The position numbers and the translations under genes were made by a program. Of a DNA stretch of 55,527 bases, positions 36,459 to 44,869 are shown in pieces. The DNA comes from Victivallaceae bacterium. Lineage in GTDB: Bacteria; Verrucomicrobiota; Lentisphaeria; Victivallales; Victivallaceae. The stretch covers positions 1-55,527 of the forward strand of contig JAZNBV010000079.1 in the NCBI GenBank assembly GCA_045587205.1, in the 5' to 3' direction. Below the pieces are notes generated by a model, which saw only the letters and a list, made by a program, of their open reading frames with translations, did not search any database and had not been told where the DNA came from. Position 1 is the first letter of the stretch. Every line of letters starts with the position of its first letter.

Positions 36459-38519
36459 ATGAGCAACACTGCTGAAAATAATACCTTTGAATTTATTCTG
36501 GACGGCAAAACCGTTCAGGCAAAAGCCGGCGAAACGGTTCTGCAAGTGGCGACCCGCGAAGGGATCACCATACCGAGTTTGTGTTTCAACGGCAAAGTAT
36601 CGCACACCACGAGCTGTTTTGTATGCGTGGTCAAAGATTGCAAAACCGGCAAATTTCTGCCATCCTGCGCCGCGCGCCCGGCTCCGGGACAGGAAATCGA
36701 TGCTTCCGGAGAAGAAGTTAAATCTATGCGCAAGACCGCGCTGGAACTGCTTTTGAGTGAACACTCCGGCGATTGCGAAGCTCCCTGCACCAACGCCTGC
36801 CCTGCCCACGCTGCGGTGGAAGAATATGTACGGGCGGGCAAAGAAGGCAATTGGCTGGAAGCGCTCAAAATCATCAAAGAACGCATCCCCCTGCCGATGA
36901 GCATCGGCAGAGTCTGCCCCAGATTCTGCGAAAAAGAGTGCCGCAAAAATCTTTACGGCAAAGCAGTTTCGATTAACGATTTCAAACGGTTTGCCGCCGA
37001 CCTTTATTACCGCGAATACGTGGAAGATATCCCTGCAGACAATGGCAGAAAAGTTGCCATTGTCGGTGCCGGTCCCGCCGGTTTGAGTGCAGCCTACTAT
37101 CTGCGGCGCAGCGGCGTGGCGGTAAAAGTCTTTGACCAGATGCCCGAAGCCGGCGGTATGATCCGTTACGGCATTCCGGAATACCGTCTGCCCAAACGCA
37201 GCGTACTGGATGTGGAACTGGCACACTTCAAAAAGATCGGTATAGAGTTTGAATTCAATGCCAAACTGGGTGAAAATCTTGATCTGGCACAGCTGCAGAA
37301 AGATTATGATGCCGTGGGCATAGCCGTCGGCTGCTGGAAATCCTCCACCATCCGCTGCGAAGGTGAAGAATTAGCCACGCCCGGCATCGATTTTCTGCGC
37401 GACAATATACTGCAGGACTGCAAACTTGCCAATCCGGGCAAAACCATTGTCATCGGCGGCGGCAATACCGCAATGGACTGCGTGCGCACATCGGTGCGGC
37501 TGGGTTCGGAAGAGGTGTATTGTTTTTACCGCCGCGGCGAAAGCGAAATGCCCGCCGAACGCATTGAAATCGAAGAAGCCAAAGAAGAAGGCGTCAAGTT
37601 TGAATTTCTGGTTGCCCCGGTTCAACTCCGCAAAGAAAACGGCAAACTTGTCCTGACCTGCCAGCGGATGATCCTGGGCGAACCGGACGCCTCCGGCCGC
37701 CGCCGCCCGGTACCGCAGCCCGGCAGTGAGTTTGAAACCGTCTGCGACACAGTGATCGCCGCCGTCGGACAGAGTACAGTTATGCCTGCTGGGGTAAAAG
37801 TCAACAAATACAACTGCGCCGAAGTCGATAAGTCCGGACGCGTGGAAGGCAATATATTCAGCGCCGGAGATTGCGTAACCGGTGCCGCAACGGTGGTCGA
37901 AGCAGTGGCTGGCGGCAGAACAATGGCATTGGGTATGCTGGCAATGTTTGAAAACAGAAAACTGGAAATACCCTATACAATAAATGTATCGCGCGGCAGC
38001 TGGCGCAGTATGGATAGAGCCGATGTGGTAAAAATCAACGATGCGGTGTCAGAAGCAGAACGCGCCGGACTGCCGATGATAACTCTGGAAGAACGCAAAA
38101 CCACTTTCAAAGAGGTCGCGCTGACAATGAGTTCGGAAACTCTGCAGGCAGAAGGCAAACGCTGCATAGAGTGTTCGTGTACCGACAAGCACGATTGCAA
38201 ACTCAAAAAGAGCGCCGAACTCTGCGGAGCCTGTACCGATGCATTCTGCGGAAACAAAAATACCAGGCGCATCGACATACGCCATCCGCTGATATTGCAG
38301 GATACCGGCAAATGCATCAAGTGCGGCATCTGTGTAAAAACCTGCAAAGAGATTATCGGAAAAACGCTTTTGAGCGCGCAGAACCGCGGATTCAACACCA
38401 CAGTGGCAACCGCGTTCAACGGGGGGTTTCCCGGAAGTTGCGCCGAATGCGGGGCGTGTATAAACGCCTGTCCGACCGGAGCGCTGGATTGGAAAGATAA
38501 ACACCGCCGCAAAAATTAA
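36459..38519 (+). CDS. GltD/NfnB-like NADPH-dependent FAD oxidoreductase fused to an N-terminal NuoG-type 2Fe-2S ferredoxin domain and a C-terminal poly-ferredoxin
   Basis: N-terminal 2Fe-2S fold (ILDGKTV...LCF...SCFVCVV). GltD N-terminal Cys clusters (GDCEAPCTNACPAH, RVCPRFCEKECR). Dinucleotide sites VAIVGAGPAGL and IVIGGGNTAMD. C-terminal CxxCxxC ferredoxin motifs. Confidence 0.7.
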   Translation: MSNTAENNTFEFILDGKTVQAKAGETVLQVATREGITIPSLCFNGKVSHTTSCFVCVVKDCKTGKFLPSCAARPAPGQEIDASGEEVKSMRKTALELLLSEHSGDCEAPCTNACPAHAAVEEYVRAGKEGNWLEALKIIKERIPLPMSIGRVCPRFCEKECRKNLYGKAVSINDFKRFAADLYYREYVEDIPADNGRKVAIVGAGPAGLSAAYYLRRSGVAVKVFDQMPEAGGMIRYGIPEYRLPKRSVLDVELAHFKKIGIEFEFNAKLGENLDLAQLQKDYDAVGIAVGCWKSSTIRCEGEELATPGIDFLRDNILQDCKLANPGKTIVIGGGNTAMDCVRTSVRLGSEEVYCFYRRGESEMPAERIEIEEAKEEGVKFEFLVAPVQLRKENGKLVLTCQRMILGEPDASGRRRPVPQPGSEFETVCDTVIAAVGQSTVMPAGVKVNKYNCAEVDKSGRVEGNIFSAGDCVTGAATVVEAVAGGRTMALGMLAMFENRKLEIPYTINVSRGSWRSMDRADVVKINDAVSEAERAGLPMITLEERKTTFKEVALTMSSETLQAEGKRCIECSCTDKHDCKLKKSAELCGACTDAFCGNKNTRRIDIRHPLILQDTGKCIKCGICVKTCKEIIGKTLLSAQNRGFNTTVATAFNGGFPGSCAECGACINACPTGALDWKDKHRRKN

Positions 38520-38550
38520 CTTATCAACTTCAGTTGTATAATATCAGTAA

Positions 38551-38588
38551 AAGGGGCTGCTGCAAATCGCAACGCCCCTTTTTTTATT
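38551..38588 (+). terminator. Rho-independent terminator after the GltD-like gene
   Basis: aaggggc...gcccctt stem followed by ttttttt. Confidence 0.6.
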
Positions 38589-38668
38589 GCGCAAAACAGT
38601 GTATGATCTGTTAGTGCATACTAATTGATAAAAAAATATCAACTTTTCAAAAAAAATGAATTCCGGAT

Positions 38669-38696
38669 TTGAAAAACGGCGTTGTTATGCTATAAT
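38669..38696 (+). promoter_or_regulatory. Sigma70-like promoter of the hydCBA operon
   Basis: TTGAAA (38669-38674), 16-nt spacer, TATAAT (38691-38696). Confidence 0.5.
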
Positions 38697-38772
38697 ATAG
38701 GATATTGTATATATTTTCTTAACGCAATATTGCAAACATAAAATCATTTAACCAAATGGGGCTGAATAGAAG

Positions 38773-39288
38773 ATGTGTTGCGGAAATCTGTCGGAAGCAG
38801 CGAAAGCAAAATTCGCCGAGCTTGATCGTTTTATTGATGAGTTGAATATTGACCGCAACGATGATCGTCGCAGCGGTTGGCTGATCCGTTCCTTGCACAA
38901 GGCACAGTCGATCTTCGGCTACCTGCCGCGCGAAGTTCAGCAGCACGTTGCCAAACGGCTTTATATCTCGGAAGCCCAGGTTTCCGGGGTGGTCAGCTTC
39001 TACAACTACTTTACCACCCAACCCAAAGGCAAATACTGCATTGATATCTGCCTTGGTACCGCCTGCTATGTAAAGGGCGCCCAGAATGTTCTCAATGAAC
39101 TTGAAAGACTGCTGGGCATCAAAGCCGATACGGAACCGACCCCCGACGGGCTGTTCTCGCTCTGCGCGCTGCGCTGCGTGGGTGCCTGCGGTCTTGCGCC
39201 GGTGATGATGATCAACGGCAAAGTGTACGGTAAAGTTACGGTGGCGGAAGCCATCAAGATTGTAAATGAATACAAACAGCAGGGGTAA
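38773..39288 (+). CDS. hydC: [FeFe]-hydrogenase NuoE-like subunit
   Basis: NuoE-type Cys motifs (ICLGTACY ... RCVGACGLAPV). First gene of the hydrogenase operon. Confidence 0.75.
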   Translation: MCCGNLSEAAKAKFAELDRFIDELNIDRNDDRRSGWLIRSLHKAQSIFGYLPREVQQHVAKRLYISEAQVSGVVSFYNYFTTQPKGKYCIDICLGTACYVKGAQNVLNELERLLGIKADTEPTPDGLFSLCALRCVGACGLAPVMMINGKVYGKVTVAEAIKIVNEYKQQG

Positions 39289-39293
39289 GCATA

Positions 39294-41225
39294 ATGCAAA
39301 AGATTACTTCACAGGCAGAATTGCTTGATTTGTACAATAAGTCCAAGAGCAGTCTGGCTCTGCGACTGACCCAGGAACACGATATCAATTCGGTCAAAAA
39401 AGACATCCTCTGCTGCGGCGGTACCGGTTGCCACGCTTCTGATGCCAAGCAGCTGATTGATAACCTGAAAGCCGAAATCAAGAACAACGGTCTGGAAGCC
39501 GATGTCAAAGTCGTGCAGACCGGCTGCTTCGGTTTCTGCGCCCAGGGCCCGGTGGTCAAGATTATGCCTGACAACGTATTTTATGTTCAGGTAACTCCCA
39601 ACGACGCCAAAGAAATCATCGAAAAGCACGTGGTCAAAAAAGAGCTGGTCGAACGCCTGCTTTTTGTTGAACCGATGCTCAAGACCCGTATCCACGACTA
39701 CGCACAGATGTCGTTCTATGCCAAGCAGGAACGTATTGCTCTGCGTAACTGCGGTCTTCTGGATCCGGAAGATATCACCGAATACATTGCCCACGAAAGC
39801 TATCAGGCTCTCGCCAAGGCGCTGTTCACAATGACTCCGGAACAGGTTGTTCAGGAAGTGCTCAACTCCGGTCTCTGCGGCCGCGGCGGTGCGGGCTTCC
39901 CGACCGGTCTCAAGTGGAAGATCGCCGCCGGTGTCAAGGCTGAAGAAAAATACATTGTCTGTAACGCTGACGAAGGCGACCCCGGTGCATTTATGGACCG
40001 CTCCATCCTGGAAGGCGACCCCCACAGCGTTATCGAAGCTATGGCTATCGGCGCTTATGCTATCGGTGCCACCCAGGGTTATGTTTATATCCGTGCGGAA
40101 TACCCGCTGGCCCTGCAACGTCTGGGCAAAGCCATCGATCAGGCCCGTGAACTCGGTTTGCTGGGCAAGAACATTATGGGCACGGATTTCTCGTTCGACA
40201 TCGACTTCCGTCTGGGTGCCGGTGCGTTCGTCTGCGGTGAAGAAACTGCGCTTATCCACTCGATGGAAGGTCAGCGCGGCGAACCGACCACCAAACCGCC
40301 CTTCCCGGCGAACATCGGCGGCGGTATCTGGGGTTGCTCGACCAACGTGAACAACGTGGAAACCTATGCCTCCATCCCGGTTATTATTCAGAAAGGTGCC
40401 AACTGGTACAACAAGATCGGTAACTGGAAAGCTGAATTTGATGAAAACGGCAACTGGGTCCGCAGCATCAGCGGCAACTCCGGTACCAAGGTATTTGCAC
40501 TGGCCGGTCAGATCAACAACGTCGGTCTGGTGGAAGTGCCGATGGGTACGACCCTGCGCGACATCATTTACGAAATCGGCGGCGGAATTTCCGGCGGCCG
40601 TGAGTTCAAAGCGGTGCAGACCGGCGGTCCTTCCGGCGGCTGTATCACAGCAGAAAACCTCGATACTCCGATCGACTTTGCCAACCTGCAGCGCATCGGC
40701 TCGATGATGGGTTCCGGCGGTATGATCGTGCTCTCTGACCGCGACTGTATGCCGTCAATGGCAAAATTCTATCTGGAATTCACCAAAGATGAATCCTGCG
40801 GCAAGTGCACACCGTGCCGTATCGGTAACCGCCGTATGCTGGAAATCCTCGAAAAGATCTGCGACGGCAACGGGACAGAAGAAATGCTCGAAGACCTTGA
40901 AGCACTGGCCAAGACCATTGCCGACACCGCTCTCTGCGGACTGGGTCAGACTGCTCCGAACCCGATTCTGAACACATTGCGTTATTTCCGCGATGAATAT
41001 CTTGCCCACATCCGTGACAAGAAATGCCCGGCGGGCAGCTGCCCGAACCTCTACAGTCTCTCCATCACCGACAGCTGTATCGGCTGCACCAAGTGTAAGC
41101 GCAACTGCCCTGTGGATGCAATCAAAGGCGAACTCAAGCAACTGCACGTCATCGATCAGAGCAAGTGCATCAAATGCGGATTGTGCATCGATAACTGCCC
41201 GAAAAACGCTATTGTCAAAGGATAA
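39294..41225 (+). CDS. hydB: [FeFe]-hydrogenase NuoF-like NAD(H)/FMN subunit
   Basis: N-terminal thioredoxin-like 2Fe-2S (CCGGTGCH), GRGGAGFPTGLKW, ESCGKCTPCR, and two C-terminal ferredoxin CxxCxxCxxxCP motifs. Confidence 0.8.
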   Translation: MQKITSQAELLDLYNKSKSSLALRLTQEHDINSVKKDILCCGGTGCHASDAKQLIDNLKAEIKNNGLEADVKVVQTGCFGFCAQGPVVKIMPDNVFYVQVTPNDAKEIIEKHVVKKELVERLLFVEPMLKTRIHDYAQMSFYAKQERIALRNCGLLDPEDITEYIAHESYQALAKALFTMTPEQVVQEVLNSGLCGRGGAGFPTGLKWKIAAGVKAEEKYIVCNADEGDPGAFMDRSILEGDPHSVIEAMAIGAYAIGATQGYVYIRAEYPLALQRLGKAIDQARELGLLGKNIMGTDFSFDIDFRLGAGAFVCGEETALIHSMEGQRGEPTTKPPFPANIGGGIWGCSTNVNNVETYASIPVIIQKGANWYNKIGNWKAEFDENGNWVRSISGNSGTKVFALAGQINNVGLVEVPMGTTLRDIIYEIGGGISGGREFKAVQTGGPSGGCITAENLDTPIDFANLQRIGSMMGSGGMIVLSDRDCMPSMAKFYLEFTKDESCGKCTPCRIGNRRMLEILEKICDGNGTEEMLEDLEALAKTIADTALCGLGQTAPNPILNTLRYFRDEYLAHIRDKKCPAGSCPNLYSLSITDSCIGCTKCKRNCPVDAIKGELKQLHVIDQSKCIKCGLCIDNCPKNAIVKG

Positions 41226-41230
41226 GTATT

Positions 41231-42979
41231 ATGAATAAAATGGTTAATCTTACTATCAACGGCAAAGCTGTTTCCGTGCCGGCGTCTTTCACGATTCTTG
41301 ATGCTGCACGACAGCTGAATATCAATATCCCCACGCTCTGCCATTGCGAAAAGCTCGGCGGTTGCGGACTTTCCAACAAACCGGCGTCCTGCCGCGTTTG
41401 CGTGGTGGAAGTTGAAAAACGCCGCAATCTGGCTCCCGCGTGCGCCACTCCGGTAATGGAAGGTATGGTTGTGCACACCAACAGCCAGCGTGCGTTGAAC
41501 GCCCGCCGCACCATTCTGGAACTTCTGCTCAGCGACCACCCGCAGAAGTGCCTGACCTGCGCCAAAAACAATGACTGCGAACTGCGCGTATTGGCTGCCG
41601 AATTCGGTATTCAGGAAATCAAATATGCCGGCGACCGCAACCGTTTCCCGGAAGATAAATCCAGCGAAGCGATTATGCGCGATCTCTCCAAGTGCATTAT
41701 GTGCCGCCGCTGCGAAACTGTCTGCAACAAGATTCAGACCGTTTCCGCATTGACCGGCTACGGCCGCGGTTTCTCCGCCAAAGTCGGTACTGCAAGTTTG
41801 ATTCCGCTGGCAGAATCCAACTGTACCTTCTGCGGTCAGTGCGTGAATGTCTGCCCGGTGGGTGCCATTACCGGTGTAAGCTATGTAAAGAAGGTGTGGG
41901 AAGCTATCAACAACCCCGCCAAGACCGTTATCGTGCAGACCGCTCCGGCAGTGCGCGTGGCAGTCGGTCAGGAATTCGGTTTTGAACCGGGTGTGCCTGT
42001 AACCGGCAAACTTGCTGCCGGTCTGCGTGCGCTGGGCTTTGACAAAGTGTTCGACACCAACTTTTCTGCCGACCTGACCATTATGGAAGAAGGCAATGAA
42101 ATTGTTGAACGCATCAAGGCAAACAAGAATCTGCCGATTCTGACCAGCTGCTGCCCGGGCTGGATCAACTTTATCGAACACAACTACCCGGATCTGCTGC
42201 ACATTCCGTCCAGCTGCAAATCCCCGCAGCAGATGTTTGGTGCCATTGCCAAGAGCTACTATGCCGAAAAGATCGGTGTCAAGCCCTCTGATCTGGTGGT
42301 AGTTTCCATTATGCCCTGCCAGGCCAAGAAATACGAAGCCGCGCGTCCTGAATTTGCTCACGACGGCGTGCGCGACGTTGACTATGTGGTGACCACCCGC
42401 GAACTCTGCAAGATGTTCAAGGAAGCCGGTGTGAACCTGGCAAATATGGATGATGAAGCCTTCGACAGCCCGCTGGGTGAATCCAGCGGTGCCGCTGACA
42501 TCTTTGGTGTCACCGGTGGTGTGCTTGAAGCCGCCTGCCGCTCGGTTTACTTTATGCTCAACGGCAAGAACCTCGACGGCGATGCCATCAACTTCCGCGC
42601 AGTCCGCGGTCTGGACGGCATCAAGGAAGCCACCGTGCAGCTGACTGCCGACAAGAGCATCAATGTAGCGGTCTGCTCGGGTCTTGGTAATGCCCGCAAA
42701 GTACTGGATATGGTTCGCGCCGATCCCAACCGTTTCCAGGCGATCGAAATTATGGCCTGCCCCGGCGGTTGCATCAACGGTGGCGGTCAGCCGTTCCTGC
42801 ACGGCGATTCGGCACTGCTGGAAAAGCGTATGAAGGGTCTGTACACAGAAGATGAACGCAAGACTTTGCGTTTGTCGCACGAAAACCCGGATATCAAAAA
42901 GCTCTATGCTGAATATCTCGGCGAAGTCGGCGGTGAAAAAGCTCACCACCTGCTGCACACCGAATATCACAGCAAATAA
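41231..42979 (+). CDS. hydA: [FeFe]-hydrogenase catalytic (H-cluster) subunit
   Basis: H-cluster motifs L1 TSCCPGW, L2 MPCQAKKYE and L3 EIMACPGGCINGGGQP. N-terminal NuoG-like 2Fe-2S domain plus accessory 4Fe-4S Cys motifs. Confidence 0.9.
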   Translation: MNKMVNLTINGKAVSVPASFTILDAARQLNINIPTLCHCEKLGGCGLSNKPASCRVCVVEVEKRRNLAPACATPVMEGMVVHTNSQRALNARRTILELLLSDHPQKCLTCAKNNDCELRVLAAEFGIQEIKYAGDRNRFPEDKSSEAIMRDLSKCIMCRRCETVCNKIQTVSALTGYGRGFSAKVGTASLIPLAESNCTFCGQCVNVCPVGAITGVSYVKKVWEAINNPAKTVIVQTAPAVRVAVGQEFGFEPGVPVTGKLAAGLRALGFDKVFDTNFSADLTIMEEGNEIVERIKANKNLPILTSCCPGWINFIEHNYPDLLHIPSSCKSPQQMFGAIAKSYYAEKIGVKPSDLVVVSIMPCQAKKYEAARPEFAHDGVRDVDYVVTTRELCKMFKEAGVNLANMDDEAFDSPLGESSGAADIFGVTGGVLEAACRSVYFMLNGKNLDGDAINFRAVRGLDGIKEATVQLTADKSINVAVCSGLGNARKVLDMVRADPNRFQAIEIMACPGGCINGGGQPFLHGDSALLEKRMKGLYTEDERKTLRLSHENPDIKKLYAEYLGEVGGEKAHHLLHTEYHSK

Positions 42980-42995
42980 GCGTGATTACGAATCA

Positions 42996-43028
42996 AGAGT
43001 CGGAGAGAAATCTCCGGCTCTTTTTTTT
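42996..43028 (+). terminator. Rho-independent terminator after hydA
   Basis: agagtcggaga-GAAA-tctccggctct hairpin followed by tttttttt. Confidence 0.7.
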
Positions 43029-43241
43029 ACACTGAAACTCTGCAAAAAGAGGCTGAAAAACCTGCCTCATTTAATAAGGCTGCGATAACATTTTTGCTCC
43101 TCCGCCTTATCATTTTCAATTTTGCTGCATATCCCGGATTGAAATAGCAAGTTTCATTTTGCCTGATGACTTGTAATTCGGCAGACGCGGGGTATATTAC
43201 ATAGACAGCAATTTATATAATATAAAATCCGTGTTTAATTT

Positions 43242-43907
43242 ATGTTTCAAATCAATAAAAATATTTTTTCGTTTGCCGATGCAGTGACAATATCCGCACA
43301 GTCCACTCAATCCGTTCTGGTAGTACGCCATTCTTACCGGGAATCTCTTGTAAACGGCAATTACGATCCGGGCTTGACCTCTGCCGGCTGGGATCACGCT
43401 GTTGAATGCGGTAAATTGCTTAAAAACTGGCAGAATACAGCTTTCGGTTCTTCATCCCGCAAAAGAACAGTTGACACGCTGCGCGGCTTGATTTGCGGCG
43501 CAGAAATTCAGGAAAAGGAGATCACTGGTTATGCGCTGCTGCACGATACCGCGATGTTCACCAAGCCGGAAAACCTTGGAATCGCCATTGAACGCGGTAC
43601 GCTTCCAGACCTGCTCAAAGAATATTATGCTGCGGGGAGTGCTCCGGGGATGCGCCATATAAATGAATATGTTCCTGAATTAGTAACCTCTATTACGGCT
43701 CCCGCATCCGCAAACAATATGCTACTTTGCTCCCACGATATCGTCATTGTGGCACTGTTGAGTTTTTTCAAAGTTTACAACTTTACTCCGGAAGATTGGT
43801 GCGGTTACATACAAGGGGCATTCCTTTACCGGCAAAAAGGGGTATGGAATATTGCCTATGCCGTCCCGGATAAATCAAACAGAAAACCTTGTTCACTTTT
43901 TGTATAA
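43242..43907 (+). CDS. Histidine phosphatase (phosphoglycerate-mutase-like) family protein
   Basis: LVVRHSYRE (RHG-type motif) and the downstream LCSHDIVIVAL (second catalytic His region). Confidence 0.45.
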   Translation: MFQINKNIFSFADAVTISAQSTQSVLVVRHSYRESLVNGNYDPGLTSAGWDHAVECGKLLKNWQNTAFGSSSRKRTVDTLRGLICGAEIQEKEITGYALLHDTAMFTKPENLGIAIERGTLPDLLKEYYAAGSAPGMRHINEYVPELVTSITAPASANNMLLCSHDIVIVALLSFFKVYNFTPEDWCGYIQGAFLYRQKGVWNIAYAVPDKSNRKPCSLFV

Positions 43908-43910
43908 GGT

Positions 43911-44179
43911 TCATCGTGATGAGAATATTCAATGCAGAAAACGAGACTGAAACATCGCCACATCGGTAAATTTATGATAAAATCTGCGCAACATTGAAGT
44001 TGAAAAATATAACTGCCGAAACTGATGATGATGCGGTCAACTTTTATCAGCGTTCCGGTTTTGCTCTCCAGGATTTTCTCCGGCACTTCCCTGATGGTGA
44101 TGTAACAAGAAAAAAGTTTAAAAAATCCATAAACTTATACTTGAAAATAGTCCATTCCGGTGTTACATTACATAAATAG
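43911..44179 (+). pseudogene. Possible degraded GNAT acetyltransferase remnant
   Basis: Several short ORFs in different frames. The last one (43994-44179) contains ...DDDAVNFYQRSGF, which resembles the GNAT C-terminal FY.K.GF motif. No intact gene. Confidence 0.25.
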
Positions 44180-44261
44180 ATCCAGGGGATTTGTTTAAGT
44201 AATATTCGCAAATACATCTGTGGAATTTTTATGGAAATAAAATTTTAAGCAAAAAGGATTA

Positions 44262-44846
44262 TTGAAGATGCGCTTGGAGTTATTGTCTGTACTGGTTGTG
44301 TTGTTCGCGGTATTCACTGCTGATGCGGCGTATCAGTTTGAAACCAAGGGGAATCAGGGTTGGCTGACCTTTGATTCAGATACTACACTGGCGTTTGATT
44401 TGGAACGCAGCGGTAAAGATAAAGATCAAGAGAACTTCGTTGACCGCGGCGAAGGCATTGCCGATTACGGCTGGTACAATCTTGATACCGGCGCGACCGG
44501 TTCATTCAACAACGGTGCGTCTGCCACATTTACAGAAAACGACCGCATTGGTCTGTATGTAACCGACAATACCGGCAACACCTTCCTGTCGACCAAACCG
44601 CAAAGTCCTTTTGAGGATGATATCTGGGGCAAAGCCAGACTTAAAGACGGCAATTTGTATCTGGGCGGCGGCAATATGGGTTCCAATGGTACGCACGAAT
44701 TTTATGTTTTCAAGGTCAACAATGCCAATGCTTCCGGCAAAGCTCCCTCCGGGCAGCCGCTGCCGGGGATAATTGCCACATTGGTTGTCGGCGGCGGAAC
44801 ATTGGTTTACCTGAAAAAACGCAAAAAACTTTACGCAGCAAAATAA
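44262..44846 (+). CDS. Secreted protein with a PEP-CTERM-like (exosortase-type) C-terminal sorting signal
   Basis: N-terminal signal peptide. C-terminus is ..SGQPLPG + hydrophobic helix IIATLVVGGGTLVYL + basic cluster KKRKK, the tripartite layout of exosortase/archaeosortase substrates, here with PLPG instead of PEP. It lies immediately upstream of the exosortase operon. Confidence 0.45.
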   Translation: MKMRLELLSVLVVLFAVFTADAAYQFETKGNQGWLTFDSDTTLAFDLERSGKDKDQENFVDRGEGIADYGWYNLDTGATGSFNNGASATFTENDRIGLYVTDNTGNTFLSTKPQSPFEDDIWGKARLKDGNLYLGGGNMGSNGTHEFYVFKVNNANASGKAPSGQPLPGIIATLVVGGGTLVYLKKRKKLYAAK

Positions 44847-44869
44847 TTTTTTTGTGTTAACTGCGTAAA

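Noticed and set aside
43994-44179. 61 aa ORF as an intact small GNAT protein
   Set aside because: It is too short for a GNAT fold (~150 aa), and the upstream sequence contains additional frame-shifted fragments. It is more consistent with a pseudogene remnant and is reported as such at low confidence.
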